Source of the DNA: Perkinsus chesapeaki ATCC PRA-425
Lineage: Eukaryota; Protista; Perkinsozoa
NCBI GenBank assembly: GCA_013115145.1
Contig: JAAPAO010000163.1
Location: 1-59,441, forward strand
Direction: 5' to 3'
DNA: 59,441 nt
Shown: positions 35,022-47,549 of the stretch, one piece after another
Position numbering within the stretch: the first letter of the stretch is position 1
Layout of the letters: every line of letters starts with the position of its first letter
Made by a program: the position numbers and the translations under genes
The notes under the pieces: model-generated
The model's input: the letters and a program-made list of their open reading frames with translations, nothing else
What the model was told of the DNA's origin: nothing
Databases searched by the model: none

Positions 35022-38000
35022 TTACTGAACAGAGTAGACCTTCATCTTGCGAAGTCGACTGAGTTGGAATAAAATAAGGGGTGAAGATTCACAAGGGGTG
35101 AGCGTACTTGATTGCTGCAGCCAGTTCAAACTTTCTAGGGTATGAGTAGTAACCTGCCGGGTATCTTGCTCGCTGAACTGCATCAAGCCCAGTTTTGTAT
35201 CTAATAACATCACACCATCCCTTCCTCAATTCACACATTGTTATTAACGCACTCATCTCCTCTTCCAGTAGGATAAGCATGCCTGTGGATTTCCGCATAA
35301 AATCTATCGAGCACCTCGGACAGCCTAACAAAATAAAGCACGTTTTCATTCCGGTAGGAAATATACCTAGCTAGAGAAAAAGCCGAAAGAAGGGAAGCAG
35401 CGATATAGAGGAAAACAGTGTCAACTTTATCAAAGACACTCTCAAAGAGACCAACTCTTTTTCTGAAGACTCTTCAACTTAGTTTGTCGGGTCCGAATAG
35501 AAGCAGCTTCAAGCCCAGTTCGGTCACCGACATTAAATCTTATACCGCCCCCTGGAGAATACTGTGCACGCGTGTATATCGTACCACTAACGTATACCAA
35601 TCTTACGAGGGGATACTATTTGCAGTATAAGACATAGCGAACCTGGAATGAGCTCGCTACTATTATTGTCTTACCTTCTGCCATTAGTATAGTCCTTCTC
35701 TGCAAGGGTCTGTATAGCGTCCGCAATCGCCCTTGCTTGTCCCGTCTCTACTAGCTGCTCGACATTAGTAAGCTCGATCTCAGTCCATCCATAAGATATA
35801 CATCGCAATGATTTTGACTGAACTTTGCCTACCAGTAGCCTCAATGCTATCAATACATTCACACTGCAACCTACCATCAGCCTGGAGACTATGAGGATCA
35901 ATGCATCGCCCACGAAGACCAGAAAAGATATGCTCATCGACTTCGGGAATGGTGAGATGAACATCGTCCGCTGCGGCGATGGCCTTGGCGCGACTGGTGA
36001 CATCATAAGGCACGTATTGATCCATCATCCTGAATATGAACAAGTATCATTCGCACTATCAAGATTTCGGGACACCTACACAACTGTGTCGGCTACATGA
36101 AAGTAGTCTCCTGAGCCGCCAATAACCATGATCGTGCTCACATCAGCGCTGTTCTTGAGAGTCCTGACAAAAGGGTAAGTATTAGATGCCGAAACTTGGC
36201 ACAGATTGCACCACATTAAACCCGCATGCTGACTCAGACTTGTAACGCACGCGTTCGGAAACCTGTAGGAATTGGTCCTTACCTAACTCGCCAGAGGAAT
36301 GGGGTGATGGGCTCCTTTTCGGCAGCTACAAGCTGTTGCATCCTACCATCCCTGATCATGAAGTTAGTCGCACCTGCATAGGACAGACTTAAAGAGACCC
36401 AAGAGGCTTTTGTGCTGGGAGCACGAAAAGATAAAGCCGCACAACTTAGTTAATACGCCGTTATACCGAAAACTTCCTCAAGTTAATGAGTTAAAATATA
36501 ACCTAAAAGCTTGTTAATAGATACCAGGCTGCCAAAGAATCCTTTGTATAATACTGAACCCCCCCGTGCATGAAATCTCCATAGAGGATCACAAGGAGTA
36601 GTTTTTAGACTTCCTTATGGAATAGCAACTAAGATGCCCCTCCACATACTAGTGTCCTCATCAATCAAAAAGGTCGTAGCTCCAACCTCTAAGGCCTCCA
36701 TTATATTGGCCGCCTGGCTCGTGCTACCTACAAACATTGTAATAGGAGACATGACTATTATCATTCGCTATTACCGCTAGCATCTTCCGTACTAAACTGG
36801 GTAGTGTCCCGTTTAAGGGGTAGATTTGATATGAAAGGACTAATATCTGAACAGATGCAATGGCTGAAATCATCGTCATGTCGCCCTATAATTTTCGCAA
36901 TTATAATGTCATCAAAGAGCTGTGCTGTTGTTGTACTGGGCACGTCCCCACATTAAGGCTTCATCATGCGATGTCACTGAATCACGGTGACCGCCACCGC
37001 CGCTATTGAGCTAACATATGTCACACGTGAGTTCCTTCCCATTAACCTTTGAGACTACTCCACTGTATCAACCCTATCCATTCAGTCTTCCCCATCATCC
37101 CCTTTCTCCATCGACACTATACTATCTCCTACTCCCAAGGAGCCTTTACCCTCCTTCACCCGTCCAAACAGGTGCTCCCGGCTCCGAGTTCAGTTCCTTC
37201 GCTCGTGGTAATATAGAACCCATTATTATCCGATTTCGCTCTCCCTTTCACGTCGGGATTTAACGAGGAAGGAAAAACTTTCCCACTCTTCCATCTTGCC
37301 CATGGCTCGATCCCGAAGTATCTCGCGTCACGGTCACCAGAAACTGCATCGTAATGCAGTTCCGTGCAACGGGAGGGACTAGGCATCCGAAGCAGGTCTT
37401 CTAACAACATTCAGGTTAGTCTCGCAAGGAGTATCGCCCAGCTGTAGAGGATACTAGGGTGACTTTAGATAACTTTTTGGTGAAAAACGGTGCCTTCGGG
37501 CAGCCTTCCGGGGTGAGCTATGGCACTCAAAATAGACAACAATAGAGCTAGATGATGCACTTAAATGCTCTGAAGACCTCGCAACATGGCGAATCCAACA
37601 TATTAAGAGAGTCTACGAGTTGAATACAGGAGTTGACCTCCGAGCAGCAGTTCTGTATCGGGCCAATAATAGAGGGATGTACTCAGCGACTACTACTCGG
37701 TTGCAATGCTTCGGGGGAGCCCGTGAGGGGGACCTCCTCAGGAGGCCGTTTTATCCCAACTTGACCACTAGTCATTTACCAGTGGTCAACGCTGTTGGCG
37801 TCAACAGTGCTACACTGTACGGACAAGCTTCGAGTGTGTATGCCGGGAACAAGCAGATACTCCCGTGCCCAAACACCCCTTTCCGAAGGAGACAAAAAAG
37901 GCGCAGGCGCGGAGACAGCGGCGCATTTACGATTTTTCCAAGTTGGAAAAATCGGGAAATCCCCACCAATTTTCTCAATAGCAAATCCTAAGCGGACAGT

Positions 38001-41000
38001 AAATTCCACGTGACTCTTCGGCTCCCCAACATATTCCCACGATTCGAGCCCCCCCCCCGCGCATTGTAAGGGGCACAGGATGCTGCACGAATAGGTTGAT
38101 AAACATGCGCTGTTACACTTGCCCCTAAGGCCTGGCGCGAAATGATCAACTATAAACGCTCGCCCGTTATCTCGGGTTGAAATGTCGTTGGGCAACCTCC
38201 ATATAGCTACCACTGGTAGCCTATCAGTGCAGAATATGAAACGAAACCATCGGACGTTTCCAAATTCGACACGTTAGTCCTCCCTTGTCAGCGGCGGCGG
38301 CGGCACGCTCCCTTATGGGCCCGTGACGGGGGCGCGTAGGCCTCACTGCCCAGGTTGGATTTTTTTTGCAAAGCAGGAAGCCGGACACCCAGACCTCATG
38401 CATACCTGGCTCTCCAAGGCTCAACGTTGGTGTCGCATCACAAGGTAAGCAATCTAACCGTTTGCCAACCCTTACAAGTTACATTCATCAATCAACTCGT
38501 ACCCTGGTCACCAACTTTAAATGTTACCAAGGGCATCTTTGTGAGTCACATTTCTGTGTGATAAGCCGAAGACTGACTTGTTGCACTATACATGCCCCTT
38601 AGGGAGCTCTTAAGGAACAGTCTTTGTTGCCTTTCAATCTGGAGCTGCACAAATCCCGGTTCCCATGTATTCGATAACGGTTATCAGCTTGCTGGGCATA
38701 AACTCCAGCAGTAGCTGCAGCAGCAGCAGACTCGCGTGTCCTTTCATCTCTTGAGGGTTTCTGCAGTGACGCCAGTGCCTGTGACCGTCTCATTATCATC
38801 GTGTATGTACGTGCATTTACAATGTATGAACCGTCCGAAGGTATAAGCTTTCCAGCTTCCTTCTACAAATGCCGGATCGGCCACGAATAGGCCATGTGTC
38901 CTCGCATACTGATGACCCCATCTCTCACCCTCTTTACAGAGCCTGCTCTCAGCGTCATTTCAGCAACGCAGGGAAATCCAGTTGGGACTTCCACCCAATT
39001 CGAACACCAATTCGGAATCGCAAAAGGTCACTGGGACGGCATTTAACGCTCCTCGAGGGCCACCTTCCCCCTATTGGGACATCTTACCCACAGTATTGAT
39101 ATATCGTCCATCCTCAGCTCTTATTTCAACTGCATTCTCATCAGTAACAACAAATTCTCGACCATCTCCGGGTATGTGGTCATATACGCCAAATTGCAGA
39201 GCTTCTAGTAGCGTACCTGATACCACTCCTTTGTCAAATAATAAGAGGGTGAGGCATCAAGAACAATCAGGCAATCAGGCGAGCTGAGGGGTTTGCGATA
39301 TGACTGATTTCATTTCTACCCACACCTCCCTAAAGGGAACGCTTTTCGGTCACTGCCCCTATACAGTAACTACTGCTTGTGACTCCCGAGTGGGGAAAAT
39401 TCGGAAGATTCTACCGAGAGGCCCGAAACTTCGCTATCGATCGCGTGATCGATTTCACGCTGCGCAGCATCATTACTCTTTCCATGAAATCCACCACCGA
39501 CAATCAATGTAACTCCCTTCTTGATCCCCATGCCTGTAATAAGCCCACCGTGTGGAAGGTCCACTGCGACCACGAGAGACGGAGGTGACTTGAACGTTAT
39601 TACCTAATAAACACACACAGTACTTTCAGAGGAGCCATAAACTACATATTACGTCACTTCCTCCATTAGTCTTTACCAGAGGCCTGTCGTCAACTCCAGA
39701 CCGTCGAGGAAGGATTGCACCATCCCGTACAAAGGCCACTAGCCCCAAATCGCTGAGTTTGTCCCGAAGCTACAGAGGAATGATAATGAGTACGAGAAAG
39801 ACTTTGGAATGATAAACGCCTTAAAACCTATATAGAATGAGATTGAATTATTTATTCTTCTACTTGATGACTTGTAAACCAAAGTGGCTACTCTTTCCAT
39901 TATTATCAGCCAAGAGTGTTAAAAGGGTAAAAGCGGTGAATGAAAAATGTTTACCAGTAACAAATTTATAGATAAGTTTGAAGCGCTGGTATAAAGTTCA
40001 TGAACTAATAAGGTTCAGCTTTCGCGCAGACACCCTCATTATTACCCAACCCTGATCGTCCACCGAGTCCACATGTCTCCTCAATGCAGCTTGATCTAAT
40101 CTATCATAATACAGACTACTTCGTACCAACGGCCACATGTTCCTTATAATCTCTGCTGCTCTGAAAACAGTAACGAAAATGGCAAGGTATTCGATGAAGT
40201 TTCCAGGGTCGAATAGAAGTACACTCCCGCATTGGTAAGCCGATGCACAGTAGTGTCATCTGGCGATATATTGGTTATATTATACAGTGTGCTCTTTGCC
40301 GGTCAGTCACTTGCCGAGGCCTTCAGTTTTCTACTATCGGATTCGGACAGCGCCGCGCGAAGGTGGCACAAATCTCGCTCACCCCAACTCTGTAACGGTT
40401 GGTTATCGACTGCGACAATGCACATAAGAAACTTTCACATGCCCGAAACTTCCTATCTCAGAGCTTCAAGTAAGAGTACGACATTTTTCAAATTTGTAGT
40501 ACCAAAATCTAGCACACTGTATATCACCGATGCCCCCCTATCCCCACTTATATCCTTCTATAGTCCTCCCTCTGGCTGGTAACGCTAGTGTGCATCGAGC
40601 CTCTATATACTCTGGGCATATAAACATACAGGAACGCTGTAAAACCTGAATAATACAATAATTCCATTGCCTATACAGGACGAAATTGAACACAAAAATG
40701 AGCGACCCTTCATACCACACTTTCCCCAATTCACCCTTATCTTTACCAGCTCAAGCTGCTCTAACTAGCCACACTTCGTTCGAGAGCAATATTACCCCGA
40801 TTTAGTAAGCCGGAGTTTCAAGCGTTTTATCGCGGACTAATGTGCAACGGGCAATCATCCGAGATCTGCTATAGCGGTCGTACACTAGAATTACTAATAT
40901 CATTCTGGTAACCGATTCTATATGCTCCTCCAACTCCCTATGCTGACCCATTCCAGATAGATCAGACTAATGTAGACGCAGGAGAGGGGGCCTTTATACG

Positions 41001-42124
41001 ACTGAACTGCTGCCACGGACTCAACAACGAACATCCCCATAACGCAGTTTACGGTTGTTCCCTATCAGACTTTCTCCATAGCAGGTCGCAAGATCACATG
41101 TGACCGGGGATGGATACCCTGCCCCTTCCGTAGTACCTGTTGGCCTGGATTGCTGATCTGCACATCGCCTCCTTTACTGCCGGACCATCCACCACCCCTC
41201 TGAGCTTGAGTTAAACCATCATCATTCAACGTCCTAAACATCCTCCTTCACTTTCTGACACCTCTAGCTACACCCTACCTGTGAAAATGCCGTGTTATGA
41301 AATCACAGCAGGCCGTTGACCGTAATGCTGTATTCCATAAATCCTCAGGTATTCTAGATGCATCCATGCTCACCCGCAAACGTATTTGGGAAGGCGGAGC
41401 GTAGGGATCTGATTGGACCTGCCAACCAAACTCTCCACCAACTCTCAAATGAACAATAAATGATGACAAGAGGACCGTAACAAATGCCATTCCTCACTAG
41501 ACAGACAGATCCTAAAAGGTACACTACCGAATTTACCTCCAGCTTACACAGGCTCTTAGCTCCCCTCATCAGCTTGGATATCACCCCAACCCCTATTTCC
41601 CTGGAAAGAGCAATTTCACCCTAACACCCTAACGCCAACTAGAAGTCATACCGTCAAACGTTTCAGAGCCGCAAATGTCTATATTTTCTGCTACGGAGAA
41701 GCTTTCAATTTCACATCCAAGTTAGTTGCTAATCTTCCTACCAGGAAAATCTTTCTCTAGAATGCAGCTATCCCCTCCTCAGGTTGAATCACCCCTTAAT
41801 TACCCTGTCAATAAAGATCTTCCATTCCCTATTGGGCATGGGCCACTCCCCTATAAGGTCCTTATAATACCCATAAGAATACCCTTCTAATCGTATAAGT
41901 GCCGACGCTAGCTCAGAATCGTCCTCCGTGCTGGGATGGCCTAAATTACCAACTCCCCCTCCCCCTCCCTCTGGCATATCCTTACTACGCTTAGCTCCCG
42001 ACTGCTGGTTGCTGCTGTTATGATGATGATCTCCACTGCCATATTCATTATACGGTCCACCATGATGGCCACCATTACCGTACTTCGCCTTGTAGTAAGC
42101 TCCTTTACCTTTACCTTTACCCAT
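35022..42124 (-). CDS. ABC-class ATPase (PF09818 ABC_ATPase; MRB1590-like), many exons
   Basis: Exons in family order: IRLEGYSYGYYKDL, VQSDPYAPPS, KGGDVQISNPGQQVL, LALPARGRTI, AFVRDGAILPRRSGVDDRPL, ITGMGIKKGVTLIVGGGFHGKS (Walker A), HIPGDGREFVVTD..VEIRAEDGR, DISPFISNLP..DTTQFSTEDASG, QAANIMEALEVGATTFLIDEDT (Walker B), ATNFMIRD, STIMVIGGSGDYFHVADTV, VEQLVETGQARAIA, PRKFELAAAI..RLRK. Confidence 0.92.
37450..38420. mobile_element. GC-rich, palindrome-rich insertion inside a ~2.2-kb intron (putative non-autonomous element)
   Basis: Lies between the RAEDGRYINTV exon (~39090) and the DISPF exon (~36850); contains several dyads and a long C run. No TIR or TSD resolved; edges approximate. Confidence 0.3.
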
Positions 42125-42349
42125 ATGATCAAAACCAACCTAAAATTACCCAACCATCTTCGACTTAATACCCTCGAGCATGCTTCAACCTAAGATTCTT
42201 CGCCCTACGTAAAGAATACTTCAACACAACAGCCGAGCAATTGAAACCTCATAATACGAATTAGACATGTGGACATCCCTCTATAGGAGACTCAGATCCA
42301 GCCGCCCGCCCTTCTTGTCAGTCGACGATGGCTCCTCCACCGTTATCAT

Positions 42350-42392
42350 CCTGGGGCAGGCAAGGTCCCGAGTTCGATCCCCGACTCCAGCA
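42350..42392 (+). ncRNA. tRNA 3'-half-like module E4 (degenerate)
   Basis: AGGCA-AGGTC-CCGAG-TTCGATC-CCCGA-CTCCAGC-A: canonical AGGTC variable region and B-box, T-stem with 2 mismatches; no 5' half upstream; no T5. Confidence 0.45.
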
Positions 42393-42499
42393 TCTTTAGC
42401 TATAAAAGTCCCTTCACAACGCTACGTCCCCACTGGCCTATAAAGGCTAACATTACACGTCACTTGGAATCAAATTCGAGATGTAAAGAGGTATCGAGA

Positions 42500-45400
42500 C
42501 GGCGGATGGAGGGGCCTACGATTGCGGAATTCTCCATCGCACCCAGGAACTGTCTCTCTTAGCGTCACATACATGCCCTCCGTGAACCTCGATAAAACGC
42601 TCTTGAATCCCCCCAAAAGCTCTTCTTATAGAAGCGAATCCCCCTATATAATTGTCCAAGATATTACCGTGCAAGCCTCAACTCGCTAGATACCTCCTCT
42701 AGCTCCGCTCTCAACTGTATAACCTCTCCCTTCAGCCTTCTAAACTCTCCATCACCCATACGACTTGCCTAATACCAATACCCACCGCACTACAAACACG
42801 GTAAAAAACCCGTCACTATTTCATCTTCAATAATTACCCAAAGAAGTTACAATGCCAGGCTGCTTTCCAGCCATCATACTGGTAACTGAGATCTTCGTCA
42901 AAATCCCCCCCTTTAACCCTACCTCCTGCACTTGCATCTTGAGCTGTATATTTTCTATCTGGCAGTATTTCATCTCCTGTTCTGCCTTACTAATTTCATG
43001 TGCACTCTAAATACCACACTTCCTGTTATACACCCATTGACCGTTCACCTCCCTTTGTAGCTCTTCAAACCGCATGTCATTAAGATACTTCTCTTGTCTA
43101 AGATCATGTATCTGATATATGCGATCAACGCTATCAAACCGTCTACCACCGGAAGGGCTACGGACTACTCCCTAAAATCAGCTCTAAATTTTTCCCTCCT
43201 ATACGCCCGAATTCACCATATTCCTTATAATGTTGTAGATGCCGGAATTCTACCACCTTCCTGGAGTTCTCCGTCCCTCCTCAGCATCATAGTGGCAGCC
43301 CGAAGTGTGGTACGGTCGCCCCGACGTGATTAACCGATATCCCCCCTCCTAATGTCTCGAGCTGAAGATGCATATTTCTCCCGTAAGCACTGCTGACACC
43401 CGGCGAATCCCAAAACGTCCATGAATTCTCCCTGCGAGTATCCCATAACACCTCCCCTTCCAGCTCAAGTTTCTCCTCGCTCCATTTCTTCGTTTTCTCA
43501 ATGATGGCTTTCTCAAGATCCCTCACTTGAACACATAATGGCGGTAGCGGTAGCTTGCCGCCCTCCACACTAGATCTTGCCGCATAATCATCGCTTAGTG
43601 TTACTAAAACCGGTATTCTTGCATCGCTTCGCTCCGCCTAACCCTCCTCACCACAGTCATCTGTTTGAGCCTCTTTATCAACCATTTCTTCTCTCACTCT
43701 TTCCTGAGGCATCGGTGGTGATGCGCTTTCATGCAACCACACCCCCAAGACATTGTCGACACAAGTGCGGCACTTGAAGTGCCCAGAAATTAACCAGTAG
43801 AAAACCCTCCCCTCTAACCAGTGTCGGGATATATACGAACACTTGCCTACCCTGTAAAGAAACTTACAGTGGAAGATTTTTCTATCCCTCAGCAGCTTCA
43901 TTTACTATGAAGATACAACAGGTACACCTCAGAGCTCATCCGATACGGAAGGTCAACAGATATTCCGTCACGAAACTGAATATGCGAATGCGGGATGAAA
44001 CCGCTGGTCCATGCCGCCGCCGCGGTTGATAGAAGGATGATGTCAATTGAAGGAGATACAGCAATCAGGAAGTAATGAAGAAAAATGGGATATTTGTCCC
44101 AGGAGGAATAGGACATTTAGTGTCCTCTTCTGGGTCTAGGAACATATTTCCTTTCCCACATTGGGAAGGCTTTTTGATCCCCCTCCCGACCGAACTGACA
44201 CATTGCTAGATGGCCCCCAACCCCTTATCACCCTTTCCCGTAGTAAATCCACCATCTGTCTGTATCGTCCAAGCTCTGCCTCCAAAATACTTATATGCCT
44301 GTCCTCGTCCCTCGCGTGGCGTAAGCCTCGTCTGAACCTCCCTCCACACGGCTCAAACGGCGCTGCGGCTATCTACTACCATCCGTACAATTTCCCGCGC
44401 GCCACCAAATAGCACTCACTATGTCAGCTTCATGTCTCCTTCCAAAGGCCCCCATTGACGGCGTTATCGGCATCTTATTGGTAAAGATACTTCCTAATTC
44501 GTTCACCTCATTCTCCTTTTCCTGTCCCCCTGTTCCTCCTCTTGCCGTATACCCACAAACGCTTCGGGACCTATAGCTAGTATCGTAAAGCAAAGATCAT
44601 ATAGCCATTTATTAAGCCGCCATTAAATATCTTTAAAACCTTCCCAGTGCGTATTCTTAATTTCAGGCTATATAACAGCCATTAGAGCCGCCTCCACCGC
44701 TACAAGAATACCCCTTATTCCTCATCACCTAGGTTCTCGCGGCAGGGAAGCAGTTGGCTCTATTCGACGAGCTGCACTCGGTCCATCTTTAGGTTGGCCC
44801 GGATATACTCTCATACGCCTGCCAACAGATCTCGATCTTCCCGTCTGAGATTTACTCCTATCATCAATCATCTTCACCGAGCTCCCACCTTACGTTGCTT
44901 ATATCTGTTAGAACTGCTGCCCTAGAAGGCTCATCCATCACAGACGAAACTGATCAAACAGCGATGGGCAGGTGGAGGAGAATAGCACTGTTTGATATCC
45001 TCGAGCGTCAAGATTAGAAAGTGGGTAAACAATAGGGAGTGGTGGAACCACAGGCTGAATCGATCTGGCCTCCCGCCCGCGGCGGCGGCTAAAGAGCCCA
45101 CACAGGTGAGCATTACTATCTCCAATGAGCGATCCTTTACCGTGTATAACTGATACGGAATGGTCGGATGGTGGAGCCTGATAGTAATAATGATGTTATT
45201 CTTATTAATATAATTCATACCTCTTGAGATGAACTTGAAACCCTCTCCTCTCGAAGTGGTGACATAAATCGATGATTGTGCAATCTGTCCCCTTCTTAAT
45301 GTTATTAACGCAACATGCTTACATACTAACCATACTCTTCTTATCACCATGATCTACCCATGCCCCATACCTTCCTCCCATACCTGTTGATCATTTCTAT

Positions 45401-46756
45401 TATATATTTCCAACCATTAACGATTAAAATGACTAGTCATATACGAGTATTCTATGCTTCATTGCTATTTTGCACCAAGGTTTATAATTCTGTTGCTTTT
45501 ACCGATTCATCGAAATAGTATACCCTCTCTACCAAGGAAAGGTGCCCCAACTTCTTAACACCAACTCAAGCGCTCCTATATCACTCCCGACCACTCCGCG
45601 TGCCGCTTTGAAGAACTTTTGGAAACCATACGTCGAACGTCGTCGTTATTGAAAGGATACTACAATTACTTGGTTATTGAGAATAGTGAATAGATTTCAA
45701 CCCTCGGTATTTACCGCTATGATATAACCTACTTCAGCCGTGCCTGGTCTGCTACTAGAAGGTGGCTCATCGGCGGGATTGGCGTCAACAATCGTTACCT
45801 ACTCAACTTGCCATTAGACATCCTCACCAGCTCGATTCTCACTGAAGCTTGAATATCACTGTAACTGTTGCCGAACCCCAAGGGGCTTCTCATGGCCTCC
45901 TCTTCCTTTGATTCATCGCCAACTCCCATCTTTGCATTCAATTCATCACGGGCTGCTTTCAATATAGAATTAAGCTCCTGTATCCTCTCAACAATAGCTA
46001 AGAGACGCAGGTTCAATCCCGGCACCCGACATTATTACCACCTTGAACCAACAAATCAAACTTAAGCCTCGCTCTACCGCCACTTCTGTTCTCTACTGTT
46101 GTTGTCTTCACATATTTATTATCAACCTTAGTGATACAAGTAAGTAGTCCGGAGAAGCAGCGTACAGTAAGTATAGTATGCGCCTCTGGCAGACTATCTG
46201 TATAGTATACACTTCGCAACCTATTCTTAGCGCCACGCTAGTTCACGCATGCCTCCTACAGTTCTGCAATCTAGCGACCCAATTTCGTGCGGCGGGCTCA
46301 ACTTCTTAACTACTGCTCATATCAGCCTGAAATTTGGCATGGGAACTCTCCTAACATGGACATATCGTTAAAGTACCCCATGGACTCTACTGAGGAATAC
46401 CTACTGTACAAAGCTGAGGAATAACTAAGGCCTCGAGTTAAGGCCCACGAACATGGGCCCATCGAAATTGTGGTGAGCAAAGGAGAATCTGCTCAATTCA
46501 AGAGGCGAGTTCTGCCTGACTTTTCAAGTTGCTTGGATGGCAAGGTGGTTCGAGCTTGTCGGATAACCCTCGTCCGCTGTGTGACCGAACCTCGCAGTAC
46601 GTGACCTTTATCTGTCCTCTCTGCAACACACTTGACCGCTTGGTTCATGTACGGTTTACCTCTACGGAAGAATCTAATGCCAAGGCATCGAAGTTCTAGT
46701 GGAATACTGCAACTCAAGCTCATCAAGCTCATCAAGCTCATTGTGCCGTGAGTCAC
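42500..46756 (-). CDS. Hypothetical coiled-coil protein(s), multi-exon
   Basis: Exon pieces LRQEKYLNDMRFEELQREVN, VRDLEKAIIEKTKKWSEEKLELE, ISILEAELGRYRQMVDLLRE, IVERIQELNSILKAARDELN. Number of genes and ends unresolved. Confidence 0.35.
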
Positions 46757-47048
46757 GACGCGTAACAGTAATACAAAGTTAAGTATAAGCTGTGACAGCG
46801 CTGCTGTCTACTCTTGAGTGGCGTACGGGGCATGCGTACACTTACTCGCACGTACACCTTGCTTATTCACCACTTAGTGAACGGGATTCTAGATGACCGA
46901 GGGACGACAGTAGATCTGCCCAGAGGTTATTGGTCGATGAAGTTGCTGGTATACAGACTCGAGTTCAGACCTTCTCATCAGGGATGTCCCAGTAGAGCTT
47001 TTCCGATTCAGGGTGGTGCTTACTGCCATTTTCCCACTTTATAACACC

Positions 47049-47474
47049 ATGATGCCCGTCACCTTGTTGACCCTCCTACTCTCGATTTGGTATGGTTCAT
47101 CGGCTGCCGCCCCTCGGGGCAGCTATTTTGTGAGAGTTGATCTAGTCTGTATGGAAGTTGACTGGTCGCCTGGTAATCCCGACAAAATTATGGAAGTCTT
47201 TCACTGCAGTGGTCAGATCCTCACATCAGACCCCATGTCCGTGAATCCCACGATGTACCCCTACGCCATCGATCCCTCCAGTTACGGTGTTTACTCCGCC
47301 TTCGCTGCAACGGTCAACGCACGGTGCGGAATAGACGTATCAGGAAGTCTGCAGGAATTCGTATACGATAGTTTTAGGAACACCTTAACATCAACCTTCC
47401 TAAATGAGAAGGTGATGATGAGATGGGGCGAATGCTGGACCCCTGGAGGAGCTGGAATCTCTGCACTATACTAA
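47049..47474 (+). CDS. Small secreted protein of unknown function (intronless)
   Basis: Signal peptide MMPVTLLTLLLSIWYGSSAA followed by PRGSY, the same start style as the QPVGRY paralogs; 4 Cys. Confidence 0.65.
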   Translation: MMPVTLLTLLLSIWYGSSAAAPRGSYFVRVDLVCMEVDWSPGNPDKIMEVFHCSGQILTSDPMSVNPTMYPYAIDPSSYGVYSAFAATVNARCGIDVSGSLQEFVYDSFRNTLTSTFLNEKVMMRWGECWTPGGAGISALY

Positions 47475-47549
47475 GCACTACCTATGAGGACCCCTTCTAA
47501 TCGCTTATAGAAGCTTGATCTTATCTCTACTCCCACTCAATGTGCTCAA

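Noticed and set aside
37575-37600. HDV-like ribozyme (GCAACATGGCGAAT)
   Set aside because: No P1/P2/P3 partners found upstream.
46712-46741. 9-bp repeat tcaagctca(t) x3
   Set aside because: Simple microsatellite-scale slippage, no further structure.
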